64,000 bases of DNA, taken from the NCBI GenBank assembly GCA_965203905.1, contig CBDBDQ010000005.1, positions 1,568,001-1,632,000 on the forward strand. Reading direction: 5' to 3'. Origin of the DNA: Spirochaetia bacterium (lineage in GTDB: Bacteria; Spirochaetota; Spirochaetia; SZUA-6; Bin103). Both the position numbers and the translations under genes were made by a program. The notes under the pieces are model-generated. The model was not told where the DNA came from and made no database searches. It was given only the letters and a program-made list of their open reading frames with translations. Of the stretch, positions 1 to 9,075 are shown in pieces. The stretch's first letter is position 1; the number at the start of each line of letters is the position of its first letter.

Positions 1-222
1 CTTGCGTTCGCTCAGATGCAGCCCCGGGGTGTCGAGGAAGATGAGCTGGCCTTCCTGCCTGGTGACGATACCCCGCACCCGGCTGCGCGTGGTCTGCGGT
101 ACCGGCGACACGATCGACACCTTGTGACCGCAGATACGGTTGACCAGGGACGACTTACCCGTCGACGGACGGCCGATTACGCCGACGCTGCCGACGTGCG
201 GTTGCGCTGCGGCACCTGCCAT
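1..222 (-). CDS. era: GTPase Era, N-terminal part (runs off the window)
   Basis: Own translation of the minus strand: [53 protein letters not shown]...IFLDTPG, containing the G1, G2 (PQTTR) and G3 motifs. Confidence 0.93.
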   Translation of the reverse strand, partial: MAGAAAQPHVGSVGVIGRPSTGKSSLVNRICGHKVSIVSPVPQTTRSRVRGIVTRQEGQLIFLDTPGLHLSERK

Positions 223-243
223 CAGCGGACGCCGCGGCGGCCG

Positions 244-936
244 TCACTCATCAGCCGGAGGCCGGGTGCGGCCGCGGGCCCGGCGCCGGTCGACGCGCTC
301 GGCGCGATTGCGCAGGGTCAGGCGGCGCCGCAGGCCGCGTTCCACCAGGGTCAGCGTGTCCTCGATCAACTCGTCGTTGCCCTCGCTGCCGAAGTCCGTC
401 AGCAGCGAGGTGTAGAGCGCGATCAGCATGCGCCGCGCGTTGCGGAAACGGCCGATGCGGAACGGTCCGCCGGCGGGCGCCGGCGCGCAGTATGTCGTCG
501 ATCATGTCACCGATGTTCCTGAGCACCCACTCCGAGCGCTGCACGGGTACCGTTCCCGGGCAGGTGAAACGGCGGTCTCCGGTCAGCATGCCGCGCAGTA
601 TGGGGCTGTGACGCAGCCCCAGGGTAATGAACCGGTACAGCGCCTTGAGTTGGTTCATGGGCGACTCGAAACGGCTGACCACGCGCCGCGCCTCGCTGAT
701 GGCGCGCCGTTCGATCAGCTCGAGGATGTGGCCGTAGAACGCCTCCTTGCTCGGGAAGTAGTTGTAGAAGCTCCCGGTGGCGAGCCCGGAGGCGTGCGTG
801 ATCTGCTCTACGCTGACGTCGCGGTAACCCTGTTCCGCGAACAGCCGCTCGCCGTTGGCCAGCAGCGCTGCCCGGCGGCGGGTGCGCTGGGAATGCCCCT
901 GCGGCGAACGAATGAATGTTGCGTTCAGATATTCAT
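244..936 (-). CDS. TetR/AcrR family regulator, frameshifted near 466-480; start uncertain
   Basis: HTH LFAEQGYRDVSVEQITHASGLATGSFYNYFPSKE in ORF 251..1000. A plausible C-terminus (GPFRIGRFRNARRMLIALY...) continues in the frame of ORF 244..429. Confidence 0.8.
912..936. promoter_or_regulatory. Imperfect inverted repeat, candidate TetR operator
   Basis: ATGAATGT-N9-ATATTCAT (7/8 match), AT-rich, at the tetR 5' end and upstream of the divergent cysteate synthase. Confidence 0.35.
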
Positions 937-1065
937 CCCCCGTTGCGGACGCCAGACCCGATTCCGTGGCCTGTGGGCCGTTTCCCGGGCAGCGTACCAC
1001 CTTTGTCGGTCACAACGGAACACCCCGTCCGCGGCTTCGCGTACATTGGGGAACGAGATTGCAGA

Positions 1066-2475
1066 ATGGAAGCGAGCCACTACGTGCTGCGGTGCATGTC
1101 CTGCGGGCGACAACGGAACGAAAGTCGCCACGGGTTTGCCCTGTACTGCAGTTGTGCCGACCCGGCAGCGGGACTCCTGCGTGCCGAATACACCGAGCCA
1201 CGTTTCGTCGTCAATGCCGGCAGCGGTCTGTTCCGGTACGGACACTGGTTGCCGATCCGGTCGCCGCACGGGCCCCGCTCCGCCGCGAGCGGCGCCCGCT
1301 GCGGGCCGGTGGCCTACCGCAGTTCCGCGCTGGCGCACCACCTGGGCCTGGAACGGCTGGTGGTGCTGTACAACGGCTACTGGCCGGAACGCGGCGCCGG
1401 CCTGGAGAGCTGCTCCTTCAAGGAGCTCGAAGCGCTCGCGGTCACCGCCCGGCTGGCCGCGGACGAGCCGCGGACGCTGGTCGTGGCATCGGCCGGAAAC
1501 ACCGGGCGCGCCTTCCACGCGGTCTGCTCGCGACGCGGGCTGCCGGTGGTGGTGGTCGTGCCGCAAGCGGCCCTGCCCCTGCTCTGGACCACCGCCCCGG
1601 TATCGTCCGCGGTGACCCTGGTGGCCGTCAGCGGCGGCGCCGACTATGCCGACGTCATCCGCGTCGCCGCCATGGTGTCGGAGTTGCCCGGCTACCTGGC
1701 GGAGGGCGGCGCCCACAACGTGGCGCGCCGCGACGGCATGGGCTCGGTGATGCTGGCGGGCGTGGAGTGTGCCGGCGAGCTGCCGGACCACTACTTCCAG
1801 GCGGTGGGCAGCGGCACCGGCGCCATCGCCGCGTGGGAGATGGCGCAGCGCCTGGTGGCCGACGGGCGCTTCGGCGACCGCGTGCCGCGCCTGCACCTGG
1901 CCCAGAACGCGCCGTTCACGATCATGGCGGACGCCTGGCAGGCAGGCAGCCGTACGCTGCCGCCGCTGGACGAATCGCTGGCCAAGCGGCGCATCGCGGC
2001 CATGCAGGCCGCGGTCCTCAGCAACCGCCGGCCCCCCTACTCGCTGGCGGGAGGCGTGTTCGATGCCCTGGCGGCGAGCGCCGGCAGCATGTACCGGGTG
2101 CCGAACGGCGCCGCCGCGCGGGCCGCGGCGCTGTTCGCGGAAACGGAGGGCAGCGATCTCGATCCGGCCGCCGCCGTGGCGCTGGCGGCCCTGCAGCAGG
2201 CGCGGGCCGAGGGCGCGATAGGGAGCCGCGACACGGTGTTCCTCAACGTCACCGGCGGCGGGTTCCAGCGCCTGCGCGCCGAGGGACGGGTGCGCAAGCT
2301 GTTGCCCGATCTGGTGCTGGATCACCGCCGCGCAACTCCCGCAACTCTCGCCCAACTGCTCGACGGAAGTGGCGCAGCCAGCGCGGCCGCCACCGGCTCA
2401 TCGTCGCGCGCTGGCTTGACCCGCCGGCAGCCGCTTCGGCTTCCGGCCGGCCGCGCGCCGAGGGGGAACGCATGA
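1066..2475 (+). CDS. Cysteate synthase (PLP fold II, threonine-synthase-like)
   Basis: Motifs CSFKELEA (PLP Lys), ASAGNTGRAF, EGGAHNVARRDGMG, PDHYFQAVGSGTG, LSNRRPPYS, FLNVTGGG; N-terminal CxxC...CxC. Confidence 0.88.
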   Translation: MEASHYVLRCMSCGRQRNESRHGFALYCSCADPAAGLLRAEYTEPRFVVNAGSGLFRYGHWLPIRSPHGPRSAASGARCGPVAYRSSALAHHLGLERLVVLYNGYWPERGAGLESCSFKELEALAVTARLAADEPRTLVVASAGNTGRAFHAVCSRRGLPVVVVVPQAALPLLWTTAPVSSAVTLVAVSGGADYADVIRVAAMVSELPGYLAEGGAHNVARRDGMGSVMLAGVECAGELPDHYFQAVGSGTGAIAAWEMAQRLVADGRFGDRVPRLHLAQNAPFTIMADAWQAGSRTLPPLDESLAKRRIAAMQAAVLSNRRPPYSLAGGVFDALAASAGSMYRVPNGAAARAAALFAETEGSDLDPAAAVALAALQQARAEGAIGSRDTVFLNVTGGGFQRLRAEGRVRKLLPDLVLDHRRATPATLAQLLDGSGAASAAATGSSSRAGLTRRQPLRLPAGRAPRGNA

Positions 2476-3713
2476 CTGACCTGTTCGAAAAGTGCCACGG
2501 AGACGGCGGCTACTTCGGCCGCTACCGTGCCGCCGGCGACAAGTACGTAGTGCAGCCGATTCTCGATTCGCTGCCCGGGCCGCACATGGAGTCGGGGGGC
2601 CGGCACGTGATCATGTGGGGGATCAACAGCTACCTCGGCCTGACCGGCAACCCGCGGATCAAGGCCGCGGCATTGGCCGCGGTGAAGCGTTATTCCACCT
2701 CCACTCCCATGGGCTCACGCCTGCTCACGGGCAACACCTCCAAGCACGAGGCGCTGGAGCGGCGCCTCGCGAGCTATTGCGGCAAGCCCGCGGCGGTGCT
2801 GTTCAACTACGGCTACCTCGGCGTGATGGGCACCATTTCGGCTCTGATCGGGCCCAAGGACGAGGTGATCATCGACAAGCTGTCGCACGCATCGATGATC
2901 GACGGCACCATCCTGGCGATGGCCGGGCGTCGCTTTCGGCCCTTCCGCCACAACGACATGGAGAGCCTGGAGCAGCAGCTTCGCGCGGCGCGCAAGCGTG
3001 GCAGCGGCGGCATCCTGATCGTCATAGAAGGGGTCTACGGGATGCGCGGCGACCTGGCCAATCTGCCCGAGATCACCGCCCTGGCACGGCGCTACGAGGC
3101 GCGCATCTTCATTGACGACGCCCACGGCTTCGGGGTGATGGGGACCAACGGCCGCGGTACCGGCGAGCATTTCGGGGTGCAGGACGAGCTCGACCTCTAC
3201 TTCGGCACCTTCGCCAAGGCGTTCGCGGCGATCGGCGGGGTCACCACCGGCGCCCCCGACGTGATCGAGTACATCCGCTTCAACGCCCGCACCAACGTGT
3301 TCGCCAAGGCGCTGCCGATGGTCTACGTCGACGTGCTGGAGGCCACCCTGGACGAGATTCTCGCGCACCCGGAGTACCGCGAGCGGATGTGGTACAACGC
3401 GCGCACCCTGCAACGCGGGCTGGTGGAACTCGGCTACAGCATCGGTGACACGCAGTCGCCCGTTACTCCCGTGTACATCCCCTCGGGGCAGGAGACCGCA
3501 CGCGCCATCATGGTGATGCTGCGGGAGGACTACGGGGTGTTTCTTTCGGGCGTGACCTATCCGGTGGTGCCACGCGGGATCAACCTGTTTCGCATGATCC
3601 CCACGGCGCTGCACAGCGACGAGGACATCGCGATCACGCTCAACGCGTTCGCGGAGATCCGCGAGCGGCTCGCGCTCGACCTTGCCAGTCTCGAGCACCT
3701 CGCCACGGCCTGA
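2472..3713 (+). CDS. Alpha-oxoamine synthase (SPT/AONS family), probable cysteate acyltransferase (CapB/SulA-like)
   Basis: NSYLGL, SHASMIDG, FRHND, EGVYGM, DDAHGFG, GTFAK (PLP Lys), FAKALPM; ATGA overlap with the cysteate synthase stop. Confidence 0.8.
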   Translation: MTDLFEKCHGDGGYFGRYRAAGDKYVVQPILDSLPGPHMESGGRHVIMWGINSYLGLTGNPRIKAAALAAVKRYSTSTPMGSRLLTGNTSKHEALERRLASYCGKPAAVLFNYGYLGVMGTISALIGPKDEVIIDKLSHASMIDGTILAMAGRRFRPFRHNDMESLEQQLRAARKRGSGGILIVIEGVYGMRGDLANLPEITALARRYEARIFIDDAHGFGVMGTNGRGTGEHFGVQDELDLYFGTFAKAFAAIGGVTTGAPDVIEYIRFNARTNVFAKALPMVYVDVLEATLDEILAHPEYRERMWYNARTLQRGLVELGYSIGDTQSPVTPVYIPSGQETARAIMVMLREDYGVFLSGVTYPVVPRGINLFRMIPTALHSDEDIAITLNAFAEIRERLALDLASLEHLATA

Positions 3714-3718
3714 TTCCG

Positions 3719-4757
3719 GTGGCCGGCACTCGGCGCGCAGCGTCCCGGCGCCGCCCGGCCGCGCTCCGCCGCGCGCTGCCGGCGTGGCTTGCCGCCGGCA
3801 TGGCGCTGACCACCCTGGCAGGCTGCGGGGAGCGCGTGCGCCAGCACGAGTTCGCGGCCATGTCCACCGTCGTGCGCGCCACCGTGTACCACCGCCGCAG
3901 TCCCGACTGGGACGCGGTAGAGCGCGCCGCCCGCGAGTTTGCCGCACAGTACGATCACCGCGACCCCGCCAGTCCGCTGGCCCGGCTCAACCGCGACGGC
4001 AACGCGCAGCTCGAGCGGCCGCTGGCGGACACTCTGCGCGCCGCTCTGCGCCTGGCCGCGGCCACCGGGGGCGCCTTCGATCCGACGCTGCTGCCGGTCA
4101 CGCGGCTGTGGGACTTCGATCACGGCGGCACCCTGCCGGATGCGGCTGCGCTGGCCGCCGCCCTGGAGGCGCGTCGACTACCGCCGCCTGCAGGTGGACG
4201 CCGGCGGCCGCGCCACGCTGCAGGACGCCGAGCTCGACCTCGGCGCCATCGGCAAGGGCGCGGTGGTGGATCACCTGGCCGACTGGCTTGCCGAGCGCGG
4301 CTACGAGCGCTTTCTGCTGGAGGCCGGCGGCGACGTGCTGGTGTCCGGGCTCAAGCCGGAGGCCGCGCCGTGGCGCATCTGGGTGCGGCATCCGCGCCAG
4401 GCCGACGTGCCGCTTGCCATCGCCGCCATCGGCGTTGCCGGCGGCCGCGTGGCGCTGGCCACTTCCGGCGACTACGAACGGTTCTTCGAGCAGGACGGGG
4501 TGCGCTACCACCACATCCTCAACCCGGCCACGGGCCGCCCCGACAGCGACGCCGTGGCGGTGACGGTAATTGCCGGCAGCGCGATAGAAGCGGACGCGCT
4601 CGCCACCGCGTTATTTGTTATGGGAAGCGCCGGCGGCGAGCTGCTGGCAAGCTCCCCGGATATCGAAGGCGTGCTCATCTACCGCGCGGGCGGAGAACTG
4701 GCGGCCGTCGTGAGCGACGGCTTCCCGGCACAGCAGGGCCGGGTCAACGTCAACTGA
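3719..4757 (+). CDS. apbE: FAD:protein FMN transferase ApbE (lipoprotein), frameshift at about 4168
   Basis: Lipobox LAGC and GAFDPT...LWDF in the first frame; LDLGAIGKG, EAGGD, ATSGDYERF, YHHILNP, ADALAT in the second; one extra G in gaGGcgcgtcgac. Confidence 0.88.
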
Positions 4758-4865
4758 GCACGGCAGGAGGTGGCATGCTCATTGGCATAGCAGGACACGG
4801 CGAGTATATTCCGGCGCGAGGGGGGACCGGGCCCGCAGGGCCCGTGCCGCCGCCATGGAGGCAAC

Positions 4866-5471
4866 GTGCGACCAGACTGGGACGCGGAAGAGCAGGACGA
4901 GGAAGAAGGGGAAGAGCGGGAACAGGGGGAAGAATCACCCCTGCTGCGGCAGTTCCTCAAGACGCGGACGGTCCTGCTGACCGGCGAAATCAACAAGACC
5001 CTGGCAGAGCGGGTGGTGCGCCAGGTGCTGCTGCTGGAGCAGGAGAGCGACGAGCCGATCAAGGTGTTCATCGACAGTCCGGGCGGGGATGCCGATGCCG
5101 GCTTCGCGATCCTCGACATGATGCGCTTCGTGCGGCCGCCGATCAAGATGATAGGGATGGGCCTGGTGGCGAGCGCGGGCGCCATCGTGCTGCTGGCGGC
5201 GCCGCGCGAGCAGCGCTTCGCCCTGCCCAACTCGCGCTATCTCATCCACCAGCCGATGGCCGGGTTCCGGGGCGTCGGCACGGAGATCGAGATCCACGCC
5301 AAGGAGATCGATCTGATGCGCCGCAAGATGAACGATCTGATCTCACAGGAGACCGGCAAACCGGTCGCCGAGGTGGAGCAGGACACCGACCGCGACTACT
5401 GGATGGGTGCGGAGGAGGCTCTCGCCTACGGCCTGGTAGGCAGCATCATCCACTCCCAGAACGACCTCTAG
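4866..5471 (+). CDS. clpP: ATP-dependent Clp protease proteolytic subunit
   Basis: IDSPGGD, GLVASAG (Ser), YLIHQP (His), DTDRDYWM; GGAG before the GTG start. Confidence 0.95.
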   Translation: MRPDWDAEEQDEEEGEEREQGEESPLLRQFLKTRTVLLTGEINKTLAERVVRQVLLLEQESDEPIKVFIDSPGGDADAGFAILDMMRFVRPPIKMIGMGLVASAGAIVLLAAPREQRFALPNSRYLIHQPMAGFRGVGTEIEIHAKEIDLMRRKMNDLISQETGKPVAEVEQDTDRDYWMGAEEALAYGLVGSIIHSQNDL

Positions 5472-5479
5472 CCCCTGGG

Positions 5480-6469
5480 ATGGTGGTGCCGGACACCACG
5501 CCCGGGGAGTTCGAACGCCTGCGCCGGGAGCAGCTCCAGCGGCGTTTGGGGGGAGACGGCACGCCAGCGCCGGAGGTGATCTCCAGCAAGGTGCGTGACA
5601 GTGTCGATCTCGGGAACCGGCTGCTCATCGTCACCAGTGACCGGGTATCGGCCTTCGACCGCGTCCTCGCCACCATTCCGTTGAAAGGCCAGGTGCTGAA
5701 CCAGCTCTCGGTGTTCTGGTTCCAGCACACCGCCGACATCGTCGCCAACCACCTGCTGCGCGAGGTGACGCCGCGCAGTATGCTGGTGCGCCGCTGTGAG
5801 GTGCTGCCGGTGGAGGTGGTGGTGCGCGGGTATCTGACCGGGTCGGCGTGGCGCGACTACCAGCGCGACGGCGCAGTGTCGGGCATCCCGCTGCCGCCGG
5901 GCATGCGTGCCGAGGAGCGTTTTCCGCGTCCGTTGTTGACTCCGTCGACCAAGGCCGGCCCCGGGGAGCACGACCGCCCGGTGTCGCGCGCCGAGCTGCT
6001 GGCCGGCGGCACGGTGCCCGCGGAGCTGTGGCGGCGGATCGAGACGGTGGCGCTGCAGCTCTACGCACGGGGCGTGGAGCACGCCGCGCGCCGGGGCCTG
6101 ATCCTGGTCGACACCAAGTACGAGTTCGGCACCATCGGCGGCGAACTGGTGCTGGCGGACGAGGTGCACACGCCCGACAGCAGCCGCTACTGGTATCGCG
6201 ACGGCTACGCGCAACGGTTCGCCCGCGGTGAGCCGCAGCGCAAGCTGGACAAGGAGTTTCTGCGCGCGTGGCTGATGCAGCGCGGCTTCATGGGCGACGG
6301 CGCGGCGCCGGAGATCCCGGACGCGGTACGCCACGAGCTGTCGCAGCGCTACCGGGAGACCTACCGGATCCTTACCGGGCGCGACTTGGCGCCGAGCGCG
6401 CTGACGCTCGAGGAGGAGTTGGAACGTTACGCCGCGGTCGTGCGCGAGGCAGGCCACGGTGGCCGCTAG
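5480..6469 (+). CDS. purC: SAICAR synthase
   Basis: SKVRD, SDRVSAFD, EVVVRGYLTGS, TPSTKA, ILVDTKYEFG, DEVHTPDSSRYW, LDKEFLR (C-terminal part of ORF 3719..6469). Confidence 0.95.
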   Translation: MVVPDTTPGEFERLRREQLQRRLGGDGTPAPEVISSKVRDSVDLGNRLLIVTSDRVSAFDRVLATIPLKGQVLNQLSVFWFQHTADIVANHLLREVTPRSMLVRRCEVLPVEVVVRGYLTGSAWRDYQRDGAVSGIPLPPGMRAEERFPRPLLTPSTKAGPGEHDRPVSRAELLAGGTVPAELWRRIETVALQLYARGVEHAARRGLILVDTKYEFGTIGGELVLADEVHTPDSSRYWYRDGYAQRFARGEPQRKLDKEFLRAWLMQRGFMGDGAAPEIPDAVRHELSQRYRETYRILTGRDLAPSALTLEEELERYAAVVREAGHGGR

Positions 6470-7550
6470 CAGCCCGCTGCCTGCGGGGCGCCGCAGGACC
6501 GCGGCGGCTGGGGTGCCGTTGCTGCTGCTCGGGCTACTGCTGCTGGGTGCCTGTGGCAACTCCGGAGCTACGCTCACGGTGGTCAGCTACAACGTCCAGA
6601 ACCTGTACGACGCCACCGACGACGGCGGCGAATACCGCGAGTTTACCGCCGCCGGCGGCTGGCATGAGGCCCTCTACACCGCCAAGCTGCGCGCCATCGC
6701 GAGCGCGCTGCGCCGCGCCGTCCCGGCGGGGGCGGACCTGGTGGCGCTGCAGGAGGTGGAGCACGCCGGTGCCGCGCGGCGGCTGGTGAACCTGGAGCTG
6801 TCGCGGCAGGGGTACCGGCACGTGGCGTGGCTGCCGGACCCGCGCTCCGCCACCGGCCCGGTGGTGCTCTCCAAGCTGCCCGTGCGCAGGGTCGGGGCCC
6901 TCTGGGTGGAGGGATCGCCGGAGCAGCCGCTGCGGCCCATCCTGGAGGTGGAAGTGGCCCTCGGCGAGGCGGCCGATGCGCGCTCACTGTTCCTGTTCAA
7001 CAACCACTGGAAATCGCGCCACGGCGGAGCCGCCGAGACCGAGCGCTACCGGCGCCGGGCGGCGGCGACGCTGGCGGCGCGCCTGCGGGAGATCCACGCT
7101 GCCGACCCGGAGGCCGACGTGATCGTGGCCGGCGACCTGAACGTCTCGGTGGACGAGTACGAGCGTCGCCGCGGGCGCTACCTGACGGCCCTTATGCCCG
7201 CGGAGGCCGCGGCCGAAGGAGCGCTGGCGGTGACCGCGGCGGTGCCAACTCCGGCAACGCCGCTGGCGCTGTTCAGCCCGTGGTACGATTACCGTAACGC
7301 CGGCCGGGCTCCGGAGGGCAGCTACCGCTATCGGGGCACCTGGGAGACCATCGACCACCTGCTGTTGGGCCCCGGCCTGTTCGACGGCCTTGGCGTGAGC
7401 TATGCCGGCAGCGACCGCTTCACGGTGATCAGTGACGGCCTGCTCGATGCCGAGGGCAGCCCGCGCCGCTTTCTGCGCGGCCCCCCACCGGGCGGCTACT
7501 CCGATCATCTGCCACTGCGCCTGGACCTGGAACTCCATCCAGCAAGATAA
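6459..7550 (+). CDS. Endonuclease/exonuclease/phosphatase (EEP) family lipoprotein
   Basis: Lipobox LLGAC; SYNVQNL, LQEVE, NHWKS, GDLN, IDH, SDHLP. Confidence 0.9.
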   Translation: MAASSPLPAGRRRTAAAGVPLLLLGLLLLGACGNSGATLTVVSYNVQNLYDATDDGGEYREFTAAGGWHEALYTAKLRAIASALRRAVPAGADLVALQEVEHAGAARRLVNLELSRQGYRHVAWLPDPRSATGPVVLSKLPVRRVGALWVEGSPEQPLRPILEVEVALGEAADARSLFLFNNHWKSRHGGAAETERYRRRAAATLAARLREIHAADPEADVIVAGDLNVSVDEYERRRGRYLTALMPAEAAAEGALAVTAAVPTPATPLALFSPWYDYRNAGRAPEGSYRYRGTWETIDHLLLGPGLFDGLGVSYAGSDRFTVISDGLLDAEGSPRRFLRGPPPGGYSDHLPLRLDLELHPAR

Positions 7551-7793
7551 GGCTGAGTGAGAAGCGTGCAATCGCCTTCGCCTATCAGAATTTGACGTGA
7601 CTGGACTGCCCTGATTCGCGCCCTACATGCTGAATCTTTGAATCTTGCACAAACTATTGAACAGCACGGATTTGTGTTCCCAAGCGTTCTATAGCCGCGT
7701 CGGGAATCGGCAACACCCGACCCTGCGCAGCGTGGTCCTGAGGGCGCGGGAGGCGATGTCTGTCACTCATGTCATCTCATGTCACCAGGCAGG

Positions 7794-7824
7794 TTGACAT
7801 GGGCTCCATTCCGATATGTATACT
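7794..7824 (+). promoter_or_regulatory. Candidate sigma70 promoter
   Basis: TTGACA-N19-TATACT upstream of the low-GC PIN module; spacing is suboptimal. Confidence 0.35.
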
Positions 7825-8090
7825 CCTTTATTGCAGCTATGGGCACTGCCACTAAACCGAGGCATGGTGTCGTACAATACCTCCCATTCCACGGAGACGA
7901 CCTAGCGCCAGATTGGCTCTATCCAAATGGCACGAACCGCCGTGGGCGATGGTGAGGATCAGGTTAAGCGGGTAACCAAGAATGGCCAGGTTACGATTTC
8001 AGGTTCAAGGACAACTCGGAAGTATCACCCTGTCTGGGTTTCTGGGTCAAATCCAAGATCACCTGCATATGTTAAAAGAATACGAAGGTC

Positions 8091-8453
8091 TTGCTTCCAG
8101 AGCAAGATGAATCACTCGGCTCTGCGGAGGGTACTCTGGAGACGATATCGATCCATCGCGGCCGGCGATTCGTCATCTATCACAGCAGAACGAAGAAAGC
8201 GATCCACTGCGATATTCCAAGCGAATCTAATCTTCTTGACCAAGCTATGGACGCACTCGGTAATCGGGTGGTAGTGGGTGGCCGACTGCATACGAACGCA
8301 CGCGGTGAACCAGTACGAATTTTGGTCGAAGAGCTGCGAACTTTGAGAGAGCAGTCGAAGTTGCCAAGTATAGCCTCGTTGGGCGGCAGTTACCCCGACA
8401 TCACTGGCGACCTTACGACAGAGGAGTACATCAGGGGTCTTCGTGAGTGCTGA
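8091..8453 (+). pseudogene. C-terminal part of a putative PIN-associated antitoxin-like gene, 5' part degraded
   Basis: GSAEGTLETISIH...RVVVGGRL...PDITGDLTTEEYIRGLR; overlaps the PIN start; upstream frames are interrupted by stops; low GC. Confidence 0.5.
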
Positions 8454-8781
8454 ACGATATGAGAAGCCGTACTTGGACTCATCCGTCTTCATTGCCTGGC
8501 TGAAAGGAGAAATCTCTAAAGGGGTAGATCGTAAACAGGTTGCAGGACAGATTCTACGAAACGCCGAGCTTGGAGGATTCCGCATTTGCATCTCCGCATT
8601 GACGCTTGCGGAGGTTCACAAGAAGCGAGGGCATGCACAAATCACGGACGATGAACACACCGAGATACTAAGATTCTTCGAGCATGACTACTTTGATGTA
8701 GTCTCCGTGGACCGAATGATCGGCGAGGAAGCACACAGGTTCTGTCGTAAGTACGGGTTATCACCCGCGGATGCAATTCAC
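8443..8781 (+). pseudogene. PIN/VapC toxin, truncated after DAIH
   Basis: YLDSSVFIAW, ISALTLAEV, GLSPADAIH, then an abrupt switch to GC-rich unrelated sequence; the final T-x-D motif is missing. Confidence 0.75.
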
Positions 8782-8891
8782 CGGCTCGTAGCCGTTGTCG
8801 AACACGTAGTCGCCGAGCTCGTCGGCGCCGGCGGCAAGGCCGTCCTCGATCATGCGCAGCGCCGGGCCGACCGCGACGACGCTTCCGTAAG

Positions 8892-9066
8892 TCCTGGGCA
8901 ACGATTCCAGTCCTCCACCACGTCGGCGGCGACGGTTGCCGCAGGCCCAGCCTCAGCGGTCGCGGCGTTTCTCGGAGGACTGGAAGGCGATACACAGCAA
9001 CGCGTAGGGATCGCCTCCAACCGCTCGCTGGGAATGAGCGAGCCGCACATCATATATACGCCGTAG
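8892..9066 (-). repeat. Diverged copy of the dksA 3' end plus about 55 bp of its downstream flank
   Basis: Aligns by eye with 13740-13917; carries substitutions and a 1-nt deletion (gggatcgcc vs gggaatcgcc). Confidence 0.9.
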
Positions 9067-9075
9067 CCACAGCGG

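Noticed and set aside
1066-2475. Coenzyme M biosynthesis role for cysteate synthase
   Set aside because: The coupled gene is an acyl-condensing oxoamine synthase and no sulfopyruvate decarboxylase is nearby
4160-4175. Programmed frameshifting in apbE, tetR or the ABC ATPase
   Set aside because: No slippery heptamer or stimulatory element seen; single indels explain them
855-6469. Long fused ORFs 855..3713 and 3719..6469 and many long antisense ORFs
   Set aside because: High-GC shadow frames; only segments with family motifs were kept
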